Shown one piece after another: positions 45,271-63,626 of a stretch of DNA of 64,000 bases. The stretch's first letter is position 1, and every line of letters starts with the position of its first letter. This DNA comes from the human T2T-CHM13v2.0 reference genome, Homo sapiens. The position numbers and the translations under genes are program-made. The notes below the pieces were generated by a model. It was given only the letters and a program-made list of their open reading frames with translations, made no database searches and was not told the DNA's origin. The stretch lies in the NCBI RefSeq assembly GCF_009914755.1, contig NC_060925.1; one strand, given 5' to 3'.

Positions 45271-45856
45271 GTAATGACCCTTTTCAGAGACAATGGTCAT
45301 CATGGATTATGCGTTTCCAATTATTTGTTCATTTATTTATTTTCTACATAACTAAATTAGAAACCTCACTGCTTCATGGCAGTTGGTTTGCTATTGCTTC
45401 CAGTTTTATTAGGGCTTCATTTTATATTAGAGCTGTTAAAAGATAACCTTTAGACAGGAATTATCTAAAGTAGATCATATGTAGCTAGGTTATGGTGCAA
45501 GGTATATGATGTGTGCAAATATGTCCACAGAAATAAATACATAGTAGGTATGTGGAATGTAAATTTAAGTCAATCGTTCCGCATAGTTTAGAAATGTAAG
45601 GGGCTTTTTCATATTGTTAACTGAGTGAGATCAGTTCCCTTTATGCCTGTGAGGCTGCAGGGTTTGTTCTCACTTGCATGCACACACTAAGCCCAAATAT
45701 TTCTGTTCATTCATTGTCAGATCAGGATATGAAAATAAAATTTTTCTGTTAGTTTTTTTTGTATTGAGATTCCAAAGATGGTAATATTTTTATAATATTC
45801 ATGTATATATGGAAATACTTTTTTTGACGGCTAGGGTATCTTTTGTGTTTCTGTAG

Positions 45857-46080
45857 GACCTAGATGTGAAGGCTGGTGGAGGCTGTGTAATGACCATTGG
45901 AGAAATGCTACGATCTTTTCTCACAAAACTGGAGTGGTTTTCTACCTTGTTTCCAAGAATTCCAGTTCCAGTTCAAAAGAATATTGATCAACAGATTAAA
46001 ACCCGACCTAGAAAAATCAAGAAAGATGGGAAGGAAGGTGCTGAGGAAATAGACAGACATGTTGAACGCAGACGTTCAAG
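45857..46080 (+). CDS. PRPF38B: PRPF38B exon 5 (DLDVKAGGGCVMTIGEMLRSFLTKLEWFSTLFPRIPVPVQK...RRSR)
   Basis: ctgtag acceptor, AAG|gtaatg donor, 224 nt. Confidence 0.97.
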
Positions 46081-46414
46081 GTAATGTCACTCTTGAATTA
46101 TGCTTATTTTTCATATATGCTTTATACAAAATTAATGGTTCTGAGAAATAGCAAGTTCTTAGGAATTTGTTTTTACTGTTCATTTTATTAGTTTGTCACT
46201 TTTACCCCCCAAAGATTATTTTCTTCCTTTCAGGGCTTTTTCTATAAAATTATGCATCTGTAAATGAGAACAATAAAATTTTTTGCTTTAATGATTCTTG
46301 ACATGGCCTTAAGCTTGAGGACATGAATAAATAATGCTGTTGAAAGTTTTACTGTGAAAAGAATTGCATATGTTTTATTCATTGAAATTTTCTTTCTCCC
46401 TCCGCCTTCCTTAG

Positions 46415-47273
46415 GTCTCCAAGGAGATCTCTGAGTCCACGGAGGTCCCCAAGAAGGTCAAGAAGTAGAAGTCATCATCGGGAGGGCCATGGGTCTTCTA
46501 GTTTTGACAGAGAATTAGAAAGAGAGAAAGAACGCCAGCGACTAGAGCGTGAAGCCAAAGAAAGGGAGAAAGAACGGCGAAGATCCCGAAGTATTGACCG
46601 GGGGTTAGAACGCAGGCGCAGCAGAAGTAGGGAAAGGCATAGAAGTCGCAGTCGAAGTCGTGATAGGAAAGGGGATAGAAGGGACAGGGATCGAGAAAGA
46701 GAGAAAGAAAATGAGAGAGGTAGAAGACGAGATCGTGACTATGATAAGGAAAGAGGAAATGAACGAGAAAAAGAGAGAGAGCGATCAAGAGAAAGGTCCA
46801 AGGAACAGAGAAGTAGGGGAGAGGTAGAAGAGAAGAAACATAAAGAAGACAAAGATGATAGGCGGCACAGAGATGACAAAAGAGATTCCAAGAAAGAGAA
46901 AAAACACAGTAGAAGCAGAAGCAGAGAAAGGAAACACAGAAGTAGGAGTCGAAGTAGAAATGCAGGGAAACGAAGTAGAAGTAGAAGCAAAGAGAAATCA
47001 AGTAAACATAAAAATGAAAGTAAAGAAAAATCAAATAAACGAAGTCGAAGTGGCAGTCAAGGAAGAACTGACAGTGTTGAAAAATCAAAAAAACGGGAAC
47101 ATAGTCCCAGCAAAGAAAAATCTAGAAAGCGTAGTAGAAGCAAAGAACGTTCCCACAAACGAGATCACAGTGATAGTAAGGACCAGTCAGACAAACATGA
47201 TCGTCGAAGGAGCCAAAGTATAGAACAAGAGAGCCAAGAAAAACAGCATAAAAACAAAGATGAGACTGTGTGA
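46415..47273 (+). CDS. PRPF38B: PRPF38B exon 6 coding part: RS/RE/RD-rich C-terminal domain ending ...KDETV*
   Basis: ccttag acceptor; open frame to TGA at 47271-47273; total CDS 276+69+152+61+224+859 = 1641 nt = 546 aa. Confidence 0.97.
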
Positions 47274-47599
47274 AAATATTTTGTAAAAGTGGATCACATT
47301 GAATCCTATAAATGATTAAATCTGCTTTTTTCCCCCACGTTGAGATTGTGCAGTAGTTCGCACTCCTCAAGCTCTCCCTGTAGGCTGCATTTTCATTTCC
47401 TCTTTCGTGTAGGGAAGTGCCTTTGTAATTCCATTTATTGCATTGGTGTTTTCACCCAATTGTTAAGTTTGATACATGATGCACAGATTGTTCTTGCATT
47501 TTTATTGTTTGTTTTTGAAATGTACAGTCTGTACATATGTCCTGAAAATGTTTTAATTCCTTTGGCATGGTTGCCATGTTGGTTAAATTTGTATAAGGC

Positions 47600-47605
47600 A
47601 ATAAA
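47600..47605 (+). terminator. PRPF38B: PRPF38B proximal poly(A) signal AATAAA
   Basis: Upstream TGTA elements (47521, 47530, 47590) and a downstream T/GT-rich tract. Confidence 0.7.
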
Positions 47606-48413
47606 CTGCCACTAATCTATTTTTGTTTTGTAGGTGTGGGATTATGGTTTGTGTACTGAAGTTAGCATGGCTGTGCTTTTCGTAATAGAATGCTAAAGAC
47701 TTTGAGAATGGATCTTGGATGTCTATTATAGGAGAAGTATGTGCTGCCAATGTACAAGAAGGCAGCATTGTAGGATTAACATTCTTGTCTACTGTATATT
47801 ATCTTGGAAGGCTCTTGTTAATATGTTACACTTAATATTCTCCACAGTTACCTTTAGAGAGAATTTATGAGAAGTTAGTTTCTGATGCAGAGGTTTTTAG
47901 GCTGTGATTTCATCAAAAGTCCTTTTAGCATTCTACCTCAAAGGGACACTTAGTATGCCTAAAATTTATTCACTTAGTTTTCCTTTTTTATTTGAAAAAA
48001 TACATGACATGTAATCTTTTTTTCTTGAATTCTTTCTCAGATTTTAAAGTACTATATTAAAGAAAAAAATTAATGTCTAAAGCCTAGCATTCTTGCAGAA
48101 CCCTATACTAACATGTAATGGGGAGAGGGTGGGGCAGATGAGTAGAGAAACAGATTCAAGCCTCAAGCTTCCAAAGCATTTTTATAAATGGAAAATCCTT
48201 AAATTATGAAACAGCTTGATATAGTGTCCTTTTTTTAAAATTCAGAACTTTTTTTATTGATAATGGAGATTGCTGTTTGAGTTTTTAAACTTAATCTAGA
48301 ACAGAGGAGTATTAAAAGTAATGCTGTGCTGCATTATTTAAGACTATCAGCAAATTATTTGATAGATTGTTCTTACAACTTGTATTCTGATTACAGAACC
48401 ATCATGAGTGTGG

Positions 48414-48431
48414 AATAAATACTGGATTAAA
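48414..48431 (+). terminator. PRPF38B: PRPF38B distal poly(A) signals AATAAA + ATTAAA
   Basis: Tandem hexamers followed by T-rich sequence. Confidence 0.65.
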
Positions 48432-49349
48432 TCCTTTATCCTGGGTCTTGGCTTTTCCCCCATTTGTTAAATTTTTTTAGCATATTTATATTGTGGAAAT
48501 TGATGAAACGTCAGTAGAGTCACACTTTGTGTACAGGGATGTCTTAGTGCCCAGATGACAAGTGAATTTTGGAGAAATGCATAGACTGGGATTGGGCATG
48601 TGGTAATCAATAATCTTTATTAGAATACTTGATAATGGCAGTTCCCTTTGTCAGTGGTTGTTACATGTGTCATTTGATTACTTTGTTCCATGTCAAAGAC
48701 GTTTATTGGGATACCTTTTACTTGGACAATATGTTAGCATTTTTTAAAATTTGGACTTGAAATTCTTTAAGATAATTCACCCAATTCTTTTTAGAAAAGA
48801 AAATAGAGGCCCAAAGTAATGATGTCAGTGCTAGGGCTAAAACTCAGTATTCTGACAGTGTAGTGAACCTGGCACGCACATTGAGGTTTGTTTTATCTCA
48901 CTGGTTATACTGGCCAACTAATGCGCACTCAGAAGCCACCTTGCAAAAATGTTAAATGGAGCAAACGAGTACACTTGCAAGAGTCCTCCATATGTGGGCT
49001 TAACATATGTACCACTCCATTTTAGAAAAATCTCATTAAATGAATTCTTCTAAAAATGATATGCTTTTTTCTTTTTTAAGAAAATTCCTTTGTCTTTTAA
49101 ATTGAGCATCAAGTGAATTAGTGCTATAGACACCCAGAAGTTAGAAAAACCTATTGTATAATATGAAAGCCACTAAATTTGTCTTGTGTTGAAAATCTAC
49201 TTTTAGCATACCTAAATTATGGAGCTACTACTTTGGATATGGTTCCATGTGAAATGTTTTATCTGACTATTTTAAGTAAAATGTGGAAAGAATTTAAATT
49301 ACTTCACATGGAGGTGAAAGAACTATCACCTCGATTGACAGTTCGATGA

Positions 49350-49737
<388 letters not shown>

Positions 49738-49845
49738 TAAATTGTGCTAGTTATTGCTATATATATGCATGATTTATTTGGAGAGTGGCTTCCTAAGAAA
49801 CTGGGAAAACAAGTGGCTATGAAAGACATCTCACATTTCTTGAAA

Positions 49846-50046
49846 CATGAGAACATTTGGACACGAACATCACACGCCGGGGCCTGTTGTGGGGTGGGGG
49901 ACTAGGGGAGGGATAATATTAGGAGAAATACCTGATGTAGATGACAGGTTGATGGGTGCAGCTCACCACCAAGGTACATGTATATCTAGGTAACAAACCG
50001 GCACGTTCTGCACATGTATCTGAACTTAAAGTATAATTTAAAAAAA
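49846..50046 (+). mobile_element. 5'-truncated L1PA 3' end (~200 bp)
   Basis: ggggcctgttgtggggtggggg...ttaggagaaatacct...gcacatgtat...aacttaaagtataat + A tail. Confidence 0.88.
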
Positions 50047-50357
50047 TTTTTAATACAGCTTAATAAGCATCCTCCATCCAGTTTTTGTACTTACTGGAAT
50101 GATTTCACCTTTCCATGTATTAAAATCTTTTGCCTGTTTTTAATGTTCAATTTGCAATTAAATTCTATACATGGGCGAGTATATCATCAATCTTAAACTT
50201 TTAATATAAAGTGTTCATTTTAATATTGCCCTGTTTTTATCTCCTAACTCTGATTTAGTTCCTCAGTTCCTCTAAGGCAATGGTTGTTTTGAGTTCTGGG
50301 CCCACTTTTTAGTAATCTGATGAAAGCTACCATCCTGTCTAAAAAAAAGTACCCCAC

Positions 50358-50953
<596 letters not shown>

Positions 50954-52819
50954 TACCTTAAAATTTGTGTGTAACTTCAAAGGAACTCACAAACTGCCCT
51001 AGGACTTTGGTTCTGTTCATTAACTGATTTTTTTAAAACTATGCTTAGATGTACAGTGTTTGGGAATTAATAAACCAGAAACTTAAGTTCCTAAGAGTAC
51101 TTAGGCAGTTAGTTGCAAAGGCAGTATCTGTTTTGTTATTTTACTTAGAGCTGCAGAGGAAGAAAAAAATGACAATGGTATTCACTTAATTCTCTTCCCT
51201 AAAAGTTGTGCTTTATTATAAAGTTTTTGGTTAGTAGAGATGAGGTCCCACCACTGGCAGTTTGTACATCTTTCAACTGATGCCAACGTGCAACCTCAAA
51301 CACTGACTAGTGGACCAATTCTCAGGTGATATTGGCCAACTGATGGGCGTTGATTCTGTTCCTAGTTTGATTCTATTACGTAAATGCTGAAATCAGCCTT
51401 GAATGACTAAATTATAGGACCTCTTAAGTAGAGATGATTTTACGTGGCAGGAAACGCTTCTTGGTAGTGTCACTCTGAAATTTCCCCTCCGTCATTCCAC
51501 CCTATAAAGTCCCACAGTACTTTGCAAGTACCTCTGAAATGGCATTTATTGGGACCATTGTCACAACTGGAAAATGTTAGCATCATGGCTGACTTAAAAT
51601 CCGTTATTTGATTTCTCAGAGTATTGATATTCAAAGCATTTCTATTTACATAATCATGATCCACAATGTGTAGCACAGATATGTATCCAGATGTGTGTGT
51701 TAGGGGGTGGGGGGTGCTTTTTCAGCCTATTGCATAAACAGAGAACTGACCTTACAGCATTTCATGTAAGCCCTGAGGTTTTGCCACAAGGATTGGAAAA
51801 AGAACTACTTATTGTAAAGAAATCCTCACATAAGCTTCCCTGATCTGCAGGTACTTAAAGTCCACCAATCTTCAGTTGGTTTTCCTTGGCTGATTCTTGT
51901 TCTGGCCATTCTGAAGCTGAATTATTTCTCTGTTTCTTGAGTCAGTGCAATTAGTCACACACATCCCTGCCCCGCCCTCCAACAAATTCCATCAGCTATG
52001 AACCTCTGACATCCAAAATAAACATATAATCTAAGTGAAAACAAGCAGTGCTTGCTGAGCAAATGCAAGGGAAGACCTCTTGTCTTCTCCTTCCCTCTTA
52101 TTTAGAAATTTTGAAGTCAATGTCCTGGATATTCGACTATACCAATAGAGGGAAAATCTTAAATGCAACACTCATCCAGCCAATCCAGGTACTGGTTCGG
52201 TGAACATTTCCTGAATGAAGTGTTCCATGGGTTAGCCGAAACTTGTGCAGGGACAGCCAGTGATTTGTGGATGTGCCAGTTATTTATACATTTTCTAGCT
52301 CCACATCCACCTTTTATTTCCCTGCTTCGTGATTCTGGAGCTGGGCCTTTTAAACATTTTTCCATTGCCGGCTGGCATAATGTTAAGCGTGTCAGTGGAG
52401 CATGCTGGAGGGAGCTGCAGCAGAGAGGTGTGTTTTCTTTTTTCTTTTTGCTTCTCCATTGTGTAGGGGCCAGTGGCATGTAGAGCACCCAGCAATATAT
52501 ATCCCCCAGCAAATTTCAGTACCATCTCATTGAGAGAAGTGGGAGTTCCCCGCAAGTCCACGAGTCCCCTGCCCGCTTCCCAGCAAGTTTGCTAGTGCTC
52601 CAGCAGGCACCTGCCCAGGAGTTTCAGCAGGACCTCACAGGTTTCCCAGTAAGTCTCAGTGGCACCCCAGTGGGTGGCCTCCTAGCTACTTTTGTTGACA
52701 CCTCTGCTCTCCAGCTCCAACCTTCAGCTTCTCAGCATTTGCTGAGAAGCCACAACTGCACCCTCGCCAACAAGGTCTGAATCTCAGTCTAGCAAGGGAA
52801 CGTCTCCTAATGTTTTCGT

Positions 52820-54685
<1,866 letters not shown>

Positions 54686-55829
54686 ACCTCTCTCTATATC
54701 TTTCCGTTACATGTCTTAAATTCTGCCCTTGGCTGATCTACCTATGCACCAGATCACATTTATTTATTCATTCATTTGTGTGGTAGACTGCCAATTGTTC
54801 CCCAATAGAGATTACTGGAATGTATCGTTAGTCTCTTTTATCTCCTCTCACTGAATTCTGCTGCTTAGAACTTTAATGTGATAGCTGGAACTTTATCTTG
54901 GACCAAGAAGGAGGGCCTCCTCCTAGGGATGGCAGACTAAAGAGGAAAAAGGAGCCTGGGTCTCTCAAGACTCCGTGGAATAGAATTGCCACGCCACTCC
55001 TGGAGGCTTTGCCTCTACTATTTTATATCAGGAAGAAACTTCTGGTTAAGCCACTGTTATAGGTTTTCTGTCCACTCTCAGCAAAACCTAATCCCGACTA
55101 ATCACAGTTCTGAGATCTGGAATTGCACACCAAGTAACATAAGCTAAAGTAGTGCGCATGAGCTTAGTGAAGGAGGGTGGGTGTCAGGAAGCATCAACAC
55201 AGGCATGTGTGGTCTGGAAAGTGGATGATTCTTGTGTGGAGCATCCTCACATTTTCTCCCTCTTCCGTTCCAGACTCTTATCTTTATCTTTTATTTTCAG
55301 TCCCTCTCCTGGCCTTTGCATTATTTACTAATCTTAAATTTGCTGATATTACCTTATTAGTACACTAATAATGTGTAAATAGACTTACTCTTGTAGCTAT
55401 TTCCCCTCTTGGTTGTCTTAGCTCCATTCCCTTCAGTATCAAAATTCATGCATTCACTGCTTTGCAGAATCTCATTCCTGAAGCGAGAATTTCAGACAGC
55501 TGGTAAATTTAGTCATTCAAAGCTTTAAAGTAAATTCATATTACAAAAGCAACCGCTTTATTTGCATTGTTTCCCAATGGAACAGTTCAGCGATAACACT
55601 CATTACCTATTTTGACAACCAAGAAGTTGACATTAGCCAGAGACGGTTGCTAACACAATAATTATCTTTCCTAACTCATTTCTTTAAAATCATTGTACTT
55701 CCAGACCATTGTTTTTCTCTCTTTCCTGAATCCCCTAGGTCCTATAAAACACGTCATCAGATTACACCATCTACTGTCCCTCAGTTGTCTATATCATCCA
55801 TACCCAATAGATACTCCCCTAATATTTTA

Positions 55830-57120
55830 ATAATTATAGAGTTTAATAGAGGCTCAATACCTCTTTCACCACTCTTGCCATAATTCTTAGTGATTCCAAT
55901 ATCCATTGAACAATCTTTCCAATACTCAGACCTCTCAATTTTTTGACCTCCTGACCTCCAATGATTTTTTTCCTCCATCTGACCTCAGCTGCCAGTTCCA
56001 ATGGTTACATCATAGACCTGGCCATCATCAATAACTGGCACTTCTCCACGGTTTCCATTTCAATCAAGCATCCCATTCTCTAATCACCAACTCCTATATT
56101 TCCTGCTTACTTTCTCTAAGATCCTCTCCAACAATTCTTTAACTCCCTTGGGTCCTCCATTCTATTGCTCCTGCCAACTTTTCATTCCATTGCAGCCCCT
56201 TTAGCCTCCATTGCAGTGAGGTATTACAAGCCACAGTTCCTTGCTTACCCAGCTTAGTTTCCACTGTACAATATTATAAATCACATCCTTGAAAACACTC
56301 TTAACTCCCTTACTGCGGTCTCCATCACCCTTGTCTAGTAATACTCCAATCCAAGTTAGATACAACTCTCTGTCTACTCTGTGCACACAAGTGACTGAAC
56401 ATGACTGGTCCTGTTTGCCATCACTCCCAATGACCCACTTGAGGGGTTTGTGCTGCCCCCTTCTGGAACTCTGGGCTTCAGCGAACTGGAGAGTGGGTGT
56501 TCTTTAAATGTTGCACCCTAGGTGCCTCCGTTGCCCTGGTGGACACCATGGTGTACCATCCAGATCTCCCCTCCAGAGTTGTCCTGAATCCGGGCCAGGA
56601 GCACTAACATTCCTTTATCCACCAATCACTGGATGTAGGTGGCCCAGGGAGCAGGTATGACTTTGAGCCAGGCAGCTCTCATGAGCCAAGGGCAAGTCTG
56701 CAAGAGACTGAGCGGGAGCTGTCAACCACCAACACTCCCTGCTGCTGGGGGCGTAAGTGCACAGGCTGTTCTAACCAAGCTGCTCCCTCCTCAGGGCTTT
56801 TGCACTTCCACTTCCTTCTGCCTGGATGTTCTTTTCCTAAGTTTCCAAAGGATGCACTCCTTCACTTCCCTTAGGCCTGTGCTCAAGCATCTGGTTGCCA
56901 GAGAGGTCTTCCCTAACAGCTGTATTCTCTCCTATCACTCCACTTTTTCTTCATAAAATTTAGCAGCACTCAACATATTTTATTACTTTAGCTGCTTGGT
57001 TTGGCCTTCCTTTGCTAGAGTGCATGCTCCAAGAGGACAGGGTTCTGATTTGTTTGTATCTTCCATGTCCTGAATAGTTCCTGGTCTTCATTAGGTCCTC
57101 AATATGTCAACATATATTTG
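55830..57120. mobile_element. L2-like LINE relics
   Basis: Pyrimidine-rich text such as ctctctaatcaccaactcctat and tagagtgcatgctccaagaggacaggg, typical of L2 from recall. Confidence 0.55.
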
Positions 57121-57227
57121 ATGGGTGCACAAATTGAAACGCCTTAAATTCATAGTAGTCAGCTCATAAGGCAGAGTGGTTTAGTGGAAGGAGCTTAGGG
57201 TTTGGAGTTAGACTGATTTTTGAAAAC

Positions 57228-59220
<1,993 letters not shown>

Positions 59221-60191
59221 GTTCTTTTCCCTTTTTTGTAATCCTATCTTGGTTGAAAGTAGAAATCAGACTGATGCGTTTTAACTCTAGTTTGATCATT
59301 TAATTCTTGTGTGATTTCAGATAAGCCAATTAATTATGTTTATTATTCATTTATGTATCTGTTCATTGTTAAAATTATACATTGTAATTCTTAAATTAAA
59401 TGCTAATTATTATTAAGAGTGTGAACTAGGAAGACAGCTCCGGAAATAAAAGGAACTAGCCAGGCGCAGTGGTGCATGCCTGTAGTCTCAGCTACTCAGG
59501 AGGCAGAGGTGGGAGGATTGCTTGAGCCCAGGAGTTGGAGGCTGCTTGGCAAAATAGCAAGACCCTGTCTCTAAAAAAATGAAAAAAAAAAAAAAAAAGG
59601 TACTGGAACTGCAGGGTGGTACGGGGCATGGATAAATTTAATGTGCTCACCAGGGACCTCTCACTATCTTTCTCAGTACAGGGACATGCTCCTGCCCTTT
59701 CATATTCCATGTTGAAGTTTTGCAACAAATTCTTCCTGACAGTAGGACCAATCACTTACTTTGAACTAAAAGAACAACAACAAATAAAGGTGAAAAAGAA
59801 AAATAAAACTGGTCAGCATCCCCGAGTTCAAAATAATTATTCTACCACATCAACAACTTTCTGTGCAGCTTTCTAAAATTTTTATTTAGACAGAAATTGT
59901 TTTAAAAAGAAGGTTGCTTTGAAACCAAGGTTACAGTAGCTTTTTGGCCCGCTTGCCGTGGCTTTCTCCAACTCTCTTCTTCTTTTCAGTCTTTGCAATA
60001 CCTGTCCCTGCCGGTCTCCAAGTGCCCCTGGTTACAGGTCAGCTCCACACTGAAGGGGAGGAGCTACTTCCTAGGGTCTCTTCCCAGCATCACAGCCCTA
60101 CATCCCAGCGACCAACGGTGTTATACTCCTGGGGGCCAAAGAGGACCCTGATTGCTTTGTTTTGTGCCATGTGAGTACTATGTCCAACAGG

Positions 60192-60254
60192 ATGGCTGGT
60201 GGACGAGAGACATGTTTGCCTTTGATTGGATTCATTCTTATCTGTCTTAAAATG
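60192..60254 (+). CDS. FNDC7: FNDC7 coding exon 1 (MAGGRETCLPLIGFILICLKM; signal-peptide-like)
   Basis: aggATGG Kozak, hydrophobic core, ATG|gtgagt donor; matches the recalled FNDC7 N-terminus and gene order. Confidence 0.88.
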
Positions 60255-60768
60255 GTGAGTTCATCATTCCAACTACCCACAACTATTTAGGGGAAAAAAG
60301 AAAGACACATTATTTTTCTCTCCTTTTTTTTTTGAGGAGTTGGGGAATAGGGAGATAGAAATCAGAATACTTTGGTTTGTACCGAGGTTGTATATGTTTG
60401 CGTGTTTGAAATTTAATGCCATATACTAGAGAAAGAAAACAAGATTATCATTATATTTTAAGAACAAAGATTTCTGAAAAATCTGTCAGCAGCTACTGAC
60501 TTAGTTCAATAGGCAGATTCAAAGGGGAAAAAAATGAAATAGTAATGGGATCTGCCTCCAGCCTCTAAATTCTATTTAGAGTTGTTTTGTGGTAGATTTG
60601 GGTGCTGGGAAATGATTTGTGTGGAGAAATACTTGTATGGATTGAAAGACTGCTCACGTTAGATGTAAAAATGTTGTGATTAATTTATTACCGCTTTTAT
60701 TCATGTTTTACGTTTGTTCAAGTTGTGTTTTTCTGTGTGGTTCTAATTTTCCAAACTTTCCTTTTCAG

Positions 60769-60787
60769 GTTGCTTCAGCAAAATCAG
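60769..60787 (+). CDS. FNDC7: FNDC7 exon 2, a 19-nt microexon (VASAKS+1 nt); later exons lie beyond the window
   Basis: ttctaat branch point, ctttccttttcag acceptor, CAG|gtacaa donor; continues the reading frame. Confidence 0.85.
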
Positions 60788-61801
60788 GTACAATTTTCTG
60801 ACCTGCAAGTTTTTCCTTCTCGTATTTGATTTTAATTTCCATTGTTAATTCACGGGCTACCCTGAAATCTAAAGGCTATATGAGAAAAAAAAATTCAATA
60901 TTTTCTGAGCACTCACACTGGGTGCTAAGCACTCTATTGGGTCCTGGGGAGACAATAACTGGTAAGACAAATAAATGGATTGAACTCGAAAGACAAATCT
61001 TCATAAAGTGTTCTTGCTGAGGACTATAATGTACAGAGCCATGTAGGCATGCATTTTCTCATATACGGTTAGCCATGTGTGAAATATTACAATGATCATC
61101 ATTCCAGTTAAGATATTGTACAGAGTCTAATTTATACAAATGTTCTTGTTTATCTTCCGGGGAATTAGAGGGAAAATGAGAAATGTTATATTTGATTAAA
61201 TTGTCAATATTCCCTACTTTAAAAAGAACTTTATACTTCTAATATTGCATATTTGAAATATAGACAATAGTCACTCAGGGCTGAAAGGGGACCCTCTTTT
61301 AAAAATAGTTGATCTCCATCTTTCTTGAGTAGATAACCGAAGGCAAAAATAATTTATCTAGAGGCCCCTCCTAGCTCATTTGTGCTAGAAATCTAAGTAC
61401 CTGGAATGGAAATTTATTTTTAGGAGGGTTAACTTATCTGTAGGAACCACATAATATCAACCATATCACCGATAAATTCTCATAGTGATTCAACATAAAT
61501 TAGAAAAATTTTTATTTATTATTTTGTCTACACCACAGAAAAGGAAGTGAAATTAAGACAGTTAAAAAATTTGATACAGATACATGTCTGAGCCATGAAA
61601 TTTCATAAAATTCATGCATATACAGTAAGTTTTTAAAAATTTCTATTTCCTGGCCAGGTACCAAGGCTCACGCCTATAATCTCAGCACTTTGGGAAGCCA
61701 AGATGGGAGGATTGCTTGAGCCCAGGATTTCAAGACCAGCCTGGGCAACATAGCAACACCCCACCTCTTGCTTTATTCTTATTTACTTGTCTTATTCTTG
61801 A

Positions 61802-62153
<352 letters not shown>

Positions 62154-62925
62154 CTTCTTAAATAAGTCGACTTTGGGTGGACAGAATCTAACTCTGCCGT
62201 CTCTTACAAGGTCCTAGCACACCCAGGACAGACCAAGCCCTCAGAACAGGCCCCTTTTTGGTGTTTATAGCATCTGCACTAATCTAGAGAAATGGTGGGT
62301 CAGGCTAAGCTACTGATGCTGCTGCTAATTGACTCAATTGCTAATTGAGTCCCGGCTTTTCAACAGATAGAATGTGTTTTAGCTACACTGTATAGAAGGT
62401 TTCATTTTGGTTGTGTGTGTTTTGATTCTCTTTGGGCTCTGGTATTGCTGTGTATCTGTGTCTGGTCACTGGGGCCTCGTGGGCTAATTTAGATCTCTTT
62501 GAGCTGGTGGAATGCACAGATGCTGAGAATCAAAGGGTTCATTTTTGACTGACCAGAGTGGTTGGTTGCACATCTAGGGAATAAAGTTTTCTCTTTCATC
62601 AGTCCAGTCAGTGGGCTAAACATAGAAGTAAGAAAGAGTAAGGAACTGCTGCTATTTTATGGACTTTACACTCCAGCTTCTCATCTACTAAAGGGCAACA
62701 TACTACATAGGTGTTGATCTCATTTCATTGTTGATGCTGGTCACAGCCTGCCCTAAAACCAGGTGTAAAACAGACAATCTCTCTCTTCAGCCTGTGTTTG
62801 CCGCATACTCCTCAGAATCCCACTTTCACAGGACCCCTCCATGGCAGCGCCATATGGTCTGGCTTTTCCGAACCCATCAAAATTTACTTGTCTTGGCTCA
62901 TACACAAACATGCACGTGCGTGCGT

Positions 62926-62951
62926 GCACACACACACACACACACACACAC
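62926..62951. repeat. (CA)n microsatellite
   Basis: Direct reading. Confidence 0.93.
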
Positions 62952-63577
62952 TTTCCAAGTGCCCTAACATACATTATTTCACTTATTCTTTACAACAATC
63001 CTAAAATGCAGGTATTTTAAATTTCAAAGTAAATCCTAATATGTAGGTATTAATAATCCGTATTTGTCAAGGAAGGTAACAAGTCTAGAAGAGGTAAAAT
63101 GACTTGCATGCCTTCACACACAAAAGTAAATAGCAGGGCCAGGGCTCAAACCCAGAGCTCCTGAATCCAAACCCTTTGCTATTTTCCCACCACACAACCC
63201 CGAGTTTCATTCTGTGATACTGGCTTCCTGCATTATGACTTCCAAGCAAATGTGCCTCTCCTAGATCAATTCCATGAGGCCAGTTTTGTGGAGCCCGCGG
63301 GCCCCATGACAGGCCTGTGGGGAGAGGGTCTGTGTCATGCTAGCCTTTTAGATGCCTTTCAAACTGCTCCGTGAATGCATGATCCGGCCTCCTGTGTCTG
63401 TGGCCAGTTTGGCTGTCATTTTCCCAGGAAGTTAGTTCATTCCAATGAACAGAACTGGTAACATAGGAGATAAGATTAACTCTGGGGACAGAGGAAACAG
63501 AAGGAGTTGAGAGACACCAGAAAATTAGAGGAAAGAAGGCATATAGCACAGGATAATTAGCTTGGGGAGCAGAAGAG

Positions 63578-63579
<2 letters not shown>

Positions 63580-63625
<46 letters not shown>
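63580..63625. repeat. (GT)n microsatellite (~23 units)
   Basis: Direct reading. Confidence 0.97.

Positions 63626-63626
<1 letters not shown>

Noticed and set aside
46498-47088. 196-aa and 83-aa hydrophobic minus-strand ORFs
   Set aside because: Antisense shadows of the purine-rich RS-domain exon of PRPF38B.
46855-47223. 122-aa alternative-frame ORF inside PRPF38B exon 6
   Set aside because: Expected from low T content in an A/G-rich exon; no independent promoter or splice entry seen.
62330-62351. 9-bp inverted repeat GACTCAATT/AATTGAGTC with an AP-1 core
   Set aside because: Short enough to be expected by chance in 64 kb.
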